A stretch of 64,000 nt of DNA. Source: Chloroflexota bacterium (lineage in GTDB: Bacteria; Chloroflexota; Anaerolineae; Aggregatilineales; J027). The position numbers and the translations under genes are program-made. The stretch spans positions 36,608-100,607 of the forward strand of contig JACRBG010000016.1 of NCBI GenBank assembly GCA_016234595.1. The letters are read 5' to 3'. The notes beneath the pieces were generated by a model. That model was not told the DNA's origin and did not search any database. It saw only the letters and a program-made list of their open reading frames with translations. Numbering within the stretch: the first letter of the stretch is position 1; each line of letters starts with the position of its first letter. Shown in pieces: positions 9,332-19,351 of this stretch.

Positions 9332-12300
9332 CTACTCGGCAGGGCTGATCAGTGTCACATTGTCAATAAAAACATCACCTTCAAAGGCTGTGCTGCCTGA
9401 CCCAACCTTGACCCCGACTTCGTGTACCTCATTGATGGCACCTAAGGTACTCAAATCAGCGGTTATAGTTGTCCATTCGCCGGGGGTCAATGCTGTATCC
9501 ACAGTGTTGGCCCATGTCCAATCTGGCCCTGTCTTAACAAACACTTGGGCAAGGAAGTTGACAGCTTCAGCAGGTACATACACGTCCACCGTCAATGACG
9601 TTACGGTTGACCAGTCCACCGCATCGGGGAAGTCAAAATAAACGCCACCTTCTTCCCATTGTGTGCCGCTAGTCGAAATGGTCAGTTTCAATGCCCCTGT
9701 GCCTTCGGTAGTCATTGCGTCAGAGGTTTCCAATGCTTTGCCACCAGCCCAGAAATCAGCCATCACCCAACCTTCAACATCGCCTTCAAATCCAAACAAC
9801 AGGGAGGGTGTGCCAGCAGCGACTTCAGCGGGTGCAACCGCTACGGCAGTCACCAACTGGATGTTATCAATGAAAATGTCGCCTTCAAAGGCCGTGCTGC
9901 CTGATCCAACCTTAACACCAATTTCGTGCAGTTCATTGATTGCACCTAATGTGCTGAGGTCAGCCGTGACCGTTGTCCATTCACCGGGGGTCAACGCTGT
10001 ATCCGCGGTGTTGGCCCATGTCCAGTCTGGCCCTGTCTTAACAAACACTTGGGCAAGGAAGTTGACGGCTTCGGCAGGTACGTACACATCCACCGTTACA
10101 GCCGTCGCGCTTGACCAATCTACTGCTTCTGGGAAGTCGAAATAAGCACCGCCTTCTTCCCATTGTGTGCCGCTGGTCGAAACGGTCAGCTTCAGTGCCC
10201 CAGTACCATCCGTCGCCATGGCGTCCGAGGCGCCCAATGATTTACCGCCTGCCCAGAAATCGGCCATCACCCAGCCTTCAACATCGCCCTCAAACCCAAA
10301 CAATTGGGCGCTTTCAGTCACGACAGCGGCTTCTTCGGTTTCAGGCAGTGTCACCAGCGTCAAATTGTCAATGAAGACATCTCCTTCAAAGGCCGTGCTG
10401 CCTGACCCAACCTTGACCCCGACTTCATGCAATTCGTTAATCGCACCTAATGTGCTGAGGTCAACTGTCACCGTCGTCCATTCACCGGGCGTCAGTGCTG
10501 CATCTGCGCTGTTGGCCCATGTCCAATCTGCCCCTGTCTTAACAAACACTTGGGCAAGGAAATTGGCGGCTTCAGCGGGTACATACACATCAACTGACAC
10601 GTTGGTCGCGTTTGACCAATCCACACCATCAGGGAAGTCTACAAAAGCGCCAGCTTCTTCCCACTGCGTCCCACTGGTCGAAATGGTCAGCTTCAAAGCC
10701 CCTGTGCCATCTGTCGCCATCGCATCGGAAGCTTCTAAGGCCTTGCCACCTGCCCAGAAATCGGCCATCACCCAACCCTGTGCATCGCCACCCTCAAAAC
10801 TGAACTGTTGGCTGACATCCGTCACAACGGGTGCGGCGGCTTCATCAGTCGGTGCAGCAAAATCAGGTGGGGTTTGCGCCAGTACGGCGTCTTGGTTCTC
10901 TGATCGTGCGCCATAGACTTCAAACTCCCACAACGAGAAGCCCCACTGCGTACCGCGTTGAATCGCATTCAAGCGGATAAACTGGGCTTGGATAGGGGTC
11001 TCAAAAATGGCTTCATCAATTTGGCCGTCGCTATTTGGCTCGGTGAAAACAGTTTGCCATGTGGAGCCATCCCAAGCCTGAATTTCATAGTTCTTGCCAA
11101 AGGCCGCTTCCCAACGCAGCAGAATTTGGTTGATCGTAAACACGCCATCAAGGTCAACGATAAACCATTGATTATCTTCATAGGTGCTTGACCAGCGGGT
11201 AGTTTCAACGCCGTCAGTCGCATTCGCAGGAACATAACTGCTGCTTTCATCCGAGGATGAAATAGCCGTTTTGCCCAAAGCCACATTACCCAAATCGGGA
11301 TCAGTAATTTGCACCACAAACCGAACGCGCGAGTAATTTCCCGCACTGTCAGTCGCTGTCACTTCTAGAGTGGTTGCGCCTAATGCCCCTTCAGCAAAAG
11401 ATACGGTAAGTTCACCCGTGTCCTGAACAGTAACCTGCACTTTATCGGGTGCTGAGTTTTGGGTAATTTCATAGGTTAGATTCGTGCCGTCCTCTTGATC
11501 CATAAAAACATCGTTGAGGTTGGCAATGACGGCTGAGGTCTCTTTATTGGAAACTACTTGATTTTCAATCGGGGCAACCACTGTCGGCAGATGATCAATA
11601 TCCCCGATATTCACTGCAATGTGGACACCTTCGTCCAAACGGTTGACCCAATTCAGCCCTGCGGCCAAATCAACAATACCCCCAAATTCGTTCCCGCCTG
11701 TATAGGCCCAACCTAAAGCCCCAGCATAGCCATTTTCATAGATATACTGCATGACTTTCGCAATGTTTTGGAAGGATTTACGGGGCTTATAACCATTGCC
11801 TAGATTCTTGATGCCTGCCGCTGGAAATTCACCGATCACCAGTGGCTTGTCCAGTTCCCAATGCGAATAGGGATTATGAAAGGGAGAGGTTGTCTCATCA
11901 AAATATTCAGGATAGTAATGTACGGTGTAGAAATCCAGCGTACCATCAGGATCACCGCCCGCCTCAATCAGACGCTCATCGGTGTAGTAATTCATCATGC
12001 CGTCTACGTCAGTTAACACCTGCATATTCCAAGAGCCGTTAGTAACTTTGACATCCGGGTCGGTACGGTGAATTGCCCCCGCCAGCAAATTGATAAACTG
12101 CTGGATATAGTTCATTTCAGTTCGCAAATCTGTCCAGCCAAAGGAGGAGGTTGTTCCCTCAGGTTCATTGAAAATTTCCCACCCGACAATCGCCGGATGA
12201 CCTTTTAAGGCAGTGACCATCGGAATCAGGGCGTTATCAATGTAGGCTTGTGTATAGGCAGGGTCTTCGATCATCAGCTTATTGGCTTCGGCGGGCACAC

Positions 12301-12724
12301 CTTCAACATCATTCATCATGTCGTGTGACCACAGCGTCGGCAAAACCAGAATGCCACGTTCATAGGCTAAATCTAAACCACGCTTCAGGTTTTCAATGTC
12401 GTGTTCGCCTAACCCTGTGACCTTGCCATCCTCGCCATAAATCGGGCTAGTGTTCCCATTTGTATGCAGCCACCATCGAACGGTGTTCCCATGTGCGGCA
12501 GCAACATCATCAAGGGCTTTAATAAACGCTAGTTCATTAAAATCACTAAGGTCGTGGGCAAAACTAATCCATGCCAGATTAATCCCGCTCAAAAATAAAT
12601 CTTGTCCATTATGATTGACATAATGCGGGGCTGATCCATCTTGGGCCACGACGGGTGTCAGATTCAAGATAGAGGTCAGTACGACAGCTAAAACAATGGC
12701 TAAACTCAAAGCTCGTTTGTACAT
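9332..12724 (-). CDS. Secreted multimodular endo-beta-1,4-mannanase-like GH5 (GH5 + Ig-like + F5/8-type-C/CBM32 + three CBM27-like modules)
   Basis: Signal peptide ending VAQD; SGINLAW, RWWLH, WEIFNEPE (acid/base), VIGEF (nucleophile); discoidin motifs NVALGK..TRWSS..WEAAFG..SLWEFEV; three repeated ~165 aa modules. Context: beta-mannosidase and GH130. Confidence 0.8.
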   Translation of the reverse strand: MYKRALSLAIVLAVVLTSILNLTPVVAQDGSAPHYVNHNGQDLFLSGINLAWISFAHDLSDFNELAFIKALDDVAAAHGNTVRWWLHTNGNTSPIYGEDGKVTGLGEHDIENLKRGLDLAYERGILVLPTLWSHDMMNDVEGVPAEANKLMIEDPAYTQAYIDNALIPMVTALKGHPAIVGWEIFNEPEGTTSSFGWTDLRTEMNYIQQFINLLAGAIHRTDPDVKVTNGSWNMQVLTDVDGMMNYYTDERLIEAGGDPDGTLDFYTVHYYPEYFDETTSPFHNPYSHWELDKPLVIGEFPAAGIKNLGNGYKPRKSFQNIAKVMQYIYENGYAGALGWAYTGGNEFGGIVDLAAGLNWVNRLDEGVHIAVNIGDIDHLPTVVAPIENQVVSNKETSAVIANLNDVFMDQEDGTNLTYEITQNSAPDKVQVTVQDTGELTVSFAEGALGATTLEVTATDSAGNYSRVRFVVQITDPDLGNVALGKTAISSSDESSSYVPANATDGVETTRWSSTYEDNQWFIVDLDGVFTINQILLRWEAAFGKNYEIQAWDGSTWQTVFTEPNSDGQIDEAIFETPIQAQFIRLNAIQRGTQWGFSLWEFEVYGARSENQDAVLAQTPPDFAAPTDEAAAPVVTDVSQQFSFEGGDAQGWVMADFWAGGKALEASDAMATDGTGALKLTISTSGTQWEEAGAFVDFPDGVDWSNATNVSVDVYVPAEAANFLAQVFVKTGADWTWANSADAALTPGEWTTVTVDLSTLGAINELHEVGVKVGSGSTAFEGDVFIDNLTLVTLPETEEAAVVTESAQLFGFEGDVEGWVMADFWAGGKSLGASDAMATDGTGALKLTVSTSGTQWEEGGAYFDFPEAVDWSSATAVTVDVYVPAEAVNFLAQVFVKTGPDWTWANTADTALTPGEWTTVTADLSTLGAINELHEIGVKVGSGSTAFEGDIFIDNIQLVTAVAVAPAEVAAGTPSLLFGFEGDVEGWVMADFWAGGKALETSDAMTTEGTGALKLTISTSGTQWEEGGVYFDFPDAVDWSTVTSLTVDVYVPAEAVNFLAQVFVKTGPDWTWANTVDTALTPGEWTTITADLSTLGAINEVHEVGVKVGSGSTAFEGDVFIDNVTLISPAE
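9345..10805 (-). repeat. Three tandem ~500 bp intragenic repeats encoding near-identical carbohydrate-binding modules
   Basis: Repeated DNA such as CCTTCAAAGGCYGTGCTGCCTGAYCCAACC near 9380, 9880 and 10380, and CCTGTCTTAACAAACACTTGGGCAAGGAA near 9530, 10030 and 10535. Protein repeat GWVMADFWAGGK...AQVFVKTG.DWTWAN...GVKVGSGSTAFEGD.FIDN. Confidence 0.95.
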
Positions 12725-12827
12725 CTTTGCTCCTTATCAAAAATTTCTTACAACAACATCCATTTACTTATTGGTCTTGCGTCCGCCACCTCCTGTCAAA
12801 TGCTGATAACCCACCCGATTAAACGGC

Positions 12828-15329
12828 TTAAAATGCAAATTCCAGTGAGGCCGATTGATAGGTGTCTACCAAAGACATCACTTTCAGTTGGGCTTGAAGC
12901 CCTGTCAGACTCATAGGAGTCGTGGGATAGACATGAATCGTATAAGGGTGTCCGGGGCGTAGATGCACAAAGTTATCCGCAAGCCGCGCGTCGGTCGGCA
13001 GTTCTAGCCATGTCCACAACGCACTCTGGTCTGAAACCAATGTCACTGCGAACCCACCCTCTTCAAGTGGGGCAATATTGAGTTTGATTTCGGGTATTGG
13101 CAGGCTAAGATGTTTAGGTCGGGCAAAGGTCACTAAGTTATCAGATACGGTACGCCCGTCTACTACCAACTCTAACCATAGCAAGAGGTTTTGGGCCGAA
13201 TGAGTCGCTAATTGTGCCGATAAATCCAGCGTGCCGACCTTCAAGCTTTGACGTGGAGCCAGCGTAACATCAAGTTGCCCTTGTTCGATTGTGCTTCCAG
13301 CAACGTCGGTTACTGTCCATTTCACCAACCCTTGTTTGTTTTCCATTAAATCAGTGGTGACATAAATTTCGGCAGTCCCGTTAGCGACATCCTCTACCCC
13401 CGAAACCAGCAGTGGGGCATAGAATTTTCTCGCCATATAATGCAGGGTCTTCCACCGACCCGTCGAATCCATTGATGACCAACTTGGCCCCGGCCAGATG
13501 TCATTCAACTGCCAATAAAGTGCGCCCATCGAACGGGGCATATTGCGCCGCCAGTGTTCAATGGCATACTTCATCGCCATGCCTTGCAAAATCTGGCTTA
13601 ACCACAACGTTCCCTCAAATGAGGTCGGCATCCGAAACCAGTCCAGCATATAGTGAATAATGGTTTGGTTGCCGATACCGCTGCGCTGGTGATATTCCAT
13701 CACATAGCTGGTAATATTGCGGTCTTCAAGGGTGGTGAACTTCAAAACCGTCTGCGGTTCGGGGAAGGATTGAAAACCAAATTCGCTGGCGAAACGATGA
13801 TAGCAGGTGCGATACCATTCAAACGGTTTACGACCGTGCCACACTTCCCACAAATGGGTGTCTCCCCAATCAGGATTGCGCCAATCGTTGCGGTCTCCCA
13901 AGGGGCTGTGGGGGCTACCGGGCCAATAATCACGCTGTGGGTCTAGCTCATGGGTAACGTCACGCAAGAGGACATCAAACAGCTTGCTATAGTCTTCCCA
14001 ACTCATGGATGTTTCCGTCCACTCGTCTTTAACTAGCCCCTGCTCCAGTTCGTTATTGCCACACCACAACGCAATCGAAGGGTGATGGCGCAATCGTCGT
14101 ACATTATCGCGGGCTTCGGCCTCGACATTCCGCATAAACTCGGCGTCATAGGCAGGATATGTGCCACACGCAAACATAAAATCTTGCCACACAACCAACC
14201 CATATTCGTCACACAGGTCGTAAAAATCATTGGCTTCATAAATGCCGCCGCCCCATGCCCGCAGCATGTTCATGTTAGCATCCGCTGCTGACCGAATCAG
14301 TGCGGCATAATCTTGACGGTCAAGTCGCGCTGCAAAAGGATCAGCCGGAATCCAATTCGCCCCTTTTGCAAAAAATGGCACCCCGTTGGCCGAAAAATAG
14401 AATGATTCACCCCACTCATCGGCATGGCGTTCCAATCGAAGCGTCCGTAAACCAATTCGCTTAACTTGTTGATCGAGTTGGGTAGCTGCATGGCATAGTG
14501 TCACGGTAAGGTCATACAGGGCTTGCTCCCCCATGCCATTGGGCCACCACAAATGAGGACTTGGAATCTCTAAATACACCTCAAAAGACTTTTCGGTGAC
14601 GGGTAGTGTCTGAGTGGCAATGGTTTCTCCTGAAAAATTCAGGTTTACCTCAATTTCAAAAGTCTCATGGGTCAAACGCTCGACCACTCCTTTAATCGTC
14701 AGGGTTACATGGTCAGGACGTTCATGATTTTGCAATATCTGGACTTCACTGATACGTGCTACATCAAATGCCACCAGTTCAATATCACGCCAGATGCCGC
14801 TAGTGACAAGTTTTGGCCCCCAATCCCAGCCGAAATTACAGGGTTCTTTGCGTAGCCATGCCCCGCTATTGAGGCGTTCATTGCCAATACTCCACGCATA
14901 TAGTTTGCCTTTTTCTTCTTCCTGTTGACGCAAAAAAGGCATCGGGGCGGCAAAATAAATCTCAATCTCATTCTCGCCATGACGCAGATGGGCCTTGAGA
15001 TCAAGTTCCCATGTTCGATACATATTGTCAGTCTGCGCGATTTCAACCCCATTGACGCGAATGGTCGCCAACGTATCCAACCCATGACAGCGCAACAGTA
15101 CCCGCTCATGATTCAAAAAATCTTTGGTGAGGTTGAAATTTCGCCGATACGTCCAATCCGTCTCACCTACCCAAAACTGTTTACGTTCGTTATCCCGATA
15201 AAATGGGTAATCCAATAAGCCATTGTTTAACAAATCTGTATGCACACAACCCGGCACAATTGCTGGAATAAGGCTTGTCTCAGCCGCTTTAGATAATGAC
15301 CATGTGCCATTTAACGATAAAACATCCAC
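12828..15329 (-). CDS. Beta-mannosidase, glycoside hydrolase family 2
   Basis: VPGCVHTDL, GLDTLA, FGWDWGP, KGANWIP, NMLRAWGGGIYE, WQDFMF, WCGNNE, GDTHLW, SEFGFQS, YWQLND. Confidence 0.93.
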   Translation of the reverse strand: MDVLSLNGTWSLSKAAETSLIPAIVPGCVHTDLLNNGLLDYPFYRDNERKQFWVGETDWTYRRNFNLTKDFLNHERVLLRCHGLDTLATIRVNGVEIAQTDNMYRTWELDLKAHLRHGENEIEIYFAAPMPFLRQQEEEKGKLYAWSIGNERLNSGAWLRKEPCNFGWDWGPKLVTSGIWRDIELVAFDVARISEVQILQNHERPDHVTLTIKGVVERLTHETFEIEVNLNFSGETIATQTLPVTEKSFEVYLEIPSPHLWWPNGMGEQALYDLTVTLCHAATQLDQQVKRIGLRTLRLERHADEWGESFYFSANGVPFFAKGANWIPADPFAARLDRQDYAALIRSAADANMNMLRAWGGGIYEANDFYDLCDEYGLVVWQDFMFACGTYPAYDAEFMRNVEAEARDNVRRLRHHPSIALWCGNNELEQGLVKDEWTETSMSWEDYSKLFDVLLRDVTHELDPQRDYWPGSPHSPLGDRNDWRNPDWGDTHLWEVWHGRKPFEWYRTCYHRFASEFGFQSFPEPQTVLKFTTLEDRNITSYVMEYHQRSGIGNQTIIHYMLDWFRMPTSFEGTLWLSQILQGMAMKYAIEHWRRNMPRSMGALYWQLNDIWPGPSWSSMDSTGRWKTLHYMARKFYAPLLVSGVEDVANGTAEIYVTTDLMENKQGLVKWTVTDVAGSTIEQGQLDVTLAPRQSLKVGTLDLSAQLATHSAQNLLLWLELVVDGRTVSDNLVTFARPKHLSLPIPEIKLNIAPLEEGGFAVTLVSDQSALWTWLELPTDARLADNFVHLRPGHPYTIHVYPTTPMSLTGLQAQLKVMSLVDTYQSASLEFAF

Positions 15330-15349
15330 GCTGTAGCTCCTAAATTGAA

Positions 15350-17389
15350 TTAAGCCTTTATTACCTCAATGGCAGTTCCGTCCAAGCGAGTTAATTCCAA
15401 TTCCACCACAACTTCATGCCCGTCCTGATGCCATTGCACATCTGGTGTCTGAATAGTCCAGTGTCCTATGCCGACCATTAAGCGTACGGTTGTCCTGACT
15501 GTCTCTTGCAAATGATTCGTGACCAAGAGCACATAAGCATCTTTGGGGGACGTATGCCATACTCCAACCTCAACGTCAGGGTGGGAAGATTCGGCGGGCG
15601 GGAAAATACCAGCGGATTTCAATAGGTCTGCCAGAAAACGGCGCAAAATTTCATCCCGTCGCGTGTGGAAAGGGAACATCGCCGCCAAATCGTAATATCC
15701 CGGGTAATTGGTATAGTCCCAACCGAAATAGCTGCCACCGAGGACTAGCGTGCCTTGCCCTTGCTGAATCCGACAAATGGCCGGTGTGCCATCTTCAAAT
15801 GAGGCCAACACTTCAGCATGGAGGGGGGGATTCAGTGGAGCGGCGGCTAATTGCACTGGAATCGGGGTATCGTTTGGCAGGGTATAAACGCGCGGTTTCG
15901 ATTCGGCCTGCCCCCGCCATTGGCCGAATAGGGGTACAAAGTCGGCATTCAAAGTTGGGGCGTAATCCGCAATCACCAAACCACCCGCATCCAAGAATTC
16001 AGTAATGGCGGTTTGGGTAGCCATTGGCACAGCGGCCACACCCATTACCAGCAAAGCCTGATAGCCGCGCTGTTGTAACAAACCAGCCGCCACGTGTTCT
16101 TCCGACAAAACATCTATCGGATAACCGTTTTGCACCAATGCCATATAGGTCAGCAAAGTGTCATAGGTATGGTCATCCGCCAGTTCTTGGCTCATGGTTG
16201 TCCAAGAATACAGCAAGGCGACTTTGGCTTGGGTTAGTTGATAGTCCTGTAACTTGCTGACCAACTCCACATAGCGCTGATTTGCTTTTTCGGTTTGAGA
16301 AATCATTTTATAACGTGGGCTGGTTAGGCGATCTGGTCGAATCTCTGTGTAATCGGTGTGGCTGTCTAAACCCGGTAATTCCGTCCACCACACCAAACCC
16401 AATGCCCCGTGCGATAAAGCCGAGTAAATTTGTTCCATCATGCTGTTTTCGGGCAGTTTATAGCCCAGCCATGAATTGAAGGCTTGCCCATTGCACGTCA
16501 CTAATTTATTAAAGCCCGTTGCGCTCCGCATAATGTCTTTGGTGTAATCATAGACATAGCATTGATAGCGCGTGTCAAATTCCAATGGATACATATCCTC
16601 ATGCCCAAAATCCAGCACGGCCCCCATCCGCCACCAATCATTCCCGGTATGCACCGACTGCCATGAGGCTGGATAGAAGTCGTTGCATTCATGAGTGGCC
16701 CAAACAGGCATCTGCAAATTGGTGACAGCGATTAACCGTCGCAAAAATTCAGGGATAGCCTCAGCATGGCAATCAATCCAATGCTGCCACAAAACAGGGT
16801 CGGCATTGGTTTTGGGAGCAGGTGTCTCAGGATCAAGATTATGCGCCGCCAGATAATCACGGAAAGCCTCAAGACAATGGGGGCAATAGCAATTGGGGTG
16901 CATCGGGCCACTGCCAAATTCTGGCACATTGTTGCGATAGTAGGCCTCATGCACAAAGTTCATCAGCGGCTTACCCTCAATATGATAAAGTGCTGGGTGT
17001 TCCCCAAAATCACGGAAAAATCCAACAGATCGCCCGCTGGCAAGCTCAAATAATTTCGGCTGACGGAAGCACCCCATATTCCAATAGCGCGGATCGTCCG
17101 AGGTTGTACCATCCGCATTCACAATTTTGACTTCAGGATGCTCATGCAGTTGCAAAAATTGACCCAGTGCGGGCACAATACCCAAGCTCACTGATGCCGC
17201 ATGATCTAGCAATGCTTTAAGTCCCGCCATATCCGCCACATCATAAAAGGGGTCAAAAAATAACCAGACTTGTTTCAAGCCAGATGCTGCAAAAGCATCG
17301 AGATCGCTCTTAAGTTGGGGAATTCCCCATTGAGGCTTAGGATAATAGTAAACAGCTAAGATGGGGTCGTGATGATAATTGGTTAACAT
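15350..17389 (-). CDS. Atypical GH42-like glycoside hydrolase with class I GATase-like (trimerisation) domain
   Basis: CYCPHC zinc motif followed by AFRDYL, DMYP, SALSHGA.GLVWW, KVALLYS, GGLVIAD. The layout matches GH42/GH164-like proteins; specificity unknown. Confidence 0.6.
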   Translation of the reverse strand: MLTNYHHDPILAVYYYPKPQWGIPQLKSDLDAFAASGLKQVWLFFDPFYDVADMAGLKALLDHAASVSLGIVPALGQFLQLHEHPEVKIVNADGTTSDDPRYWNMGCFRQPKLFELASGRSVGFFRDFGEHPALYHIEGKPLMNFVHEAYYRNNVPEFGSGPMHPNCYCPHCLEAFRDYLAAHNLDPETPAPKTNADPVLWQHWIDCHAEAIPEFLRRLIAVTNLQMPVWATHECNDFYPASWQSVHTGNDWWRMGAVLDFGHEDMYPLEFDTRYQCYVYDYTKDIMRSATGFNKLVTCNGQAFNSWLGYKLPENSMMEQIYSALSHGALGLVWWTELPGLDSHTDYTEIRPDRLTSPRYKMISQTEKANQRYVELVSKLQDYQLTQAKVALLYSWTTMSQELADDHTYDTLLTYMALVQNGYPIDVLSEEHVAAGLLQQRGYQALLVMGVAAVPMATQTAITEFLDAGGLVIADYAPTLNADFVPLFGQWRGQAESKPRVYTLPNDTPIPVQLAAAPLNPPLHAEVLASFEDGTPAICRIQQGQGTLVLGGSYFGWDYTNYPGYYDLAAMFPFHTRRDEILRRFLADLLKSAGIFPPAESSHPDVEVGVWHTSPKDAYVLLVTNHLQETVRTTVRLMVGIGHWTIQTPDVQWHQDGHEVVVELELTRLDGTAIEVIKA

Positions 17390-17465
17390 AGGTCATCCAC
17401 TGAAATAATTCATCCATATAAGCACCAACCCCTCCTTATTTTTGGGGAGAGGTCGGAAGTAAGTT

Positions 17466-19265
17466 TTATTCAGCCACCGGATTGACTTTAATCGCCACAT
17501 CGGTGTTAAATGTCGGGAGCGGAATTTCGCCCTGTCCATCTGCTACAGTTATGGTCTCGGTGGCAATTGCTTCACCCGCAAGCGTGTCCCAAATTTCAGC
17601 AGTATAGTCCCCGTCATTCAGGCCACTGATGACAACTTTGGCGTCAGTGATGTCAGGAAATTGAATATCGAGGGGGTCTTCAACTCGGTTTCGTAAATTC
17701 TTCTCATAGAGTTTGACCAATTGCGCCTCCGAATATTTTTTGCTGACAACCCACACATGCGCATGTTGTGCGTCTTGAATTCCATAGACCCGTGCCGCCG
17801 CTTTACTTTCATCATCCATCGCAGCTTCGAGCAGTTGCCACTGATGGGCGGCGAGGTCTTCCCCTGCAAAATAGGCCGCAATACCCTTTAGCTGATAATA
17901 AAGGCCGTCATCATACAAATCTTCCCAGTACCATGACATGCCTGTGCCTAAGGAGCCATTCATGGGCGCACTCCACAATCCCAAATGCAGCAGCAATCCA
18001 TGCACGTCGTATTCATTGGGGGAGCCAAATTCGCCCGCGATATAGGGTTTATCCGGATAGGCGTTTAACCATCTTGGAATAGCTTGGTTGAAATCTTGCA
18101 CGAGGCTTTGCATGTTATAGTGGTGGGCATGGATAATATCCACATAATCCCACACTACATCGTCTGCAACGATGGGGCCGGATACCGTGGTTAAATGTTG
18201 ATAGGGGTCAACTGTCGCCAAAAATGCTTCGCTGCGTTCCGTCCAAGGCCCTAAGATAGAGGCACTTGCCAGTGGTGTCCAGTTGACCTCGTTCCACCAT
18301 TCCCAACTCATAATATGAGTGGAGTAGCCCCACCGCGCCGCGATATAGCGTATTTTTTGATGCCACAGACGCTCAGCTTCGGGATTAGTCGCAAATTCAA
18401 CAGGCGCACTCAAAGGGCCACCATTGGCAGCATTATAGGGGTTAGCATCCCACTCAGGATCAACCCCGGTGTTAAATTGACCATGATTCAATAGGGTCAG
18501 CATGATATAAATGCCACGCTCATCCGCCATATTGAATAGGGTATCCAGTTGATAAGCACGATTTTGACGGCGGTCATAGTTTCCTAGGCCTGTGTCTAGC
18601 CATTCAATGCTAAAAGCCCATGATGCCATCCACACCCGCGCAAAATTACCGCCATTCTCGGCCATCGTGTCGAACCATTTTTGATAATCGGCCATACCCC
18701 CTGCGCCATACCACGACACATTGGCCCCAATTGGGAAATAGGGTGTGCCATCATCAAAAGCCAGATAGCGGGGGTTGCGTGTATCAAAACGCACAAATCC
18801 ATGCTCATCCGATTCAGCCACCATAAAATGCTGTTTTTCGCTGGTCACGGTACCGCGAACTGCCGTCGTCGCTAAAATCTGATAAGTCCACTCACCGGCT
18901 TCATTCGGGGTAAACCGCACTCGCCATGACCAATCTTCGGTGGGGGTCAAGGTATCGCCTGTCGCGCTCAGTTCTTCAGCGAAATCCTGATACCAAAAAC
19001 CAGCAACAAGCATCGTTTGGCCCGATGGGCTGATAAACTGCCCATCCAAACGCACATCATTAGGATCATAGGGGTTGTTGATTTCGCCATCGAGTTCGAC
19101 CACGACCTCAAATTTTTCATAACGCCCCACCATGTCCGATAATGGCGTTACACTAGTAATCTTGCGTACCACTGAACCCGGGCTTTGTGCCTGTGAAGGT
19201 TTTTCAAAATGCCCCGCCAATAAAGTAGTCGCCAGCACACCTGCGAGGATTGCTTTCTTAAACAT
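17466..19265 (-). CDS. Secreted DUF5060 + clan GH-A (GH5-like) glycoside hydrolase
   Basis: Signal peptide; NPYDP..V...F.SPSG...GFW..WRVRFTP..GEW (DUF5060-like); YIAARWGYS..IMSWEWWNE and YIAGEFG catalytic glutamates. Confidence 0.75.
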   Translation of the reverse strand: MFKKAILAGVLATTLLAGHFEKPSQAQSPGSVVRKITSVTPLSDMVGRYEKFEVVVELDGEINNPYDPNDVRLDGQFISPSGQTMLVAGFWYQDFAEELSATGDTLTPTEDWSWRVRFTPNEAGEWTYQILATTAVRGTVTSEKQHFMVAESDEHGFVRFDTRNPRYLAFDDGTPYFPIGANVSWYGAGGMADYQKWFDTMAENGGNFARVWMASWAFSIEWLDTGLGNYDRRQNRAYQLDTLFNMADERGIYIMLTLLNHGQFNTGVDPEWDANPYNAANGGPLSAPVEFATNPEAERLWHQKIRYIAARWGYSTHIMSWEWWNEVNWTPLASASILGPWTERSEAFLATVDPYQHLTTVSGPIVADDVVWDYVDIIHAHHYNMQSLVQDFNQAIPRWLNAYPDKPYIAGEFGSPNEYDVHGLLLHLGLWSAPMNGSLGTGMSWYWEDLYDDGLYYQLKGIAAYFAGEDLAAHQWQLLEAAMDDESKAAARVYGIQDAQHAHVWVVSKKYSEAQLVKLYEKNLRNRVEDPLDIQFPDITDAKVVISGLNDGDYTAEIWDTLAGEAIATETITVADGQGEIPLPTFNTDVAIKVNPVAE

Positions 19266-19351
19266 TGGTGCTGTTCCCTCCCAAATATAATTTGCACCCC
19301 ACCCTGTCTCCTCTAGTAGATAGGAGTTCAGAGTGGGGATAATCTAAGCCA

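Noticed and set aside
9360-10916. Repeated plus-strand ORFs (93, 160, 249 aa) and a possible CRISPR-like periodicity
   Set aside because: Antisense of the CBM repeats. The units are ~500 bp, in frame and coding, with no short repeat/unique spacer pattern or cas genes.
17425-19340. Intergenic hairpins at ~17430 and ~19300 as a REP/MITE family
   Set aside because: They share no clear sequence with each other or with the other hairpins (22557, 42793, 50112); more likely individual mRNA stabilisers.
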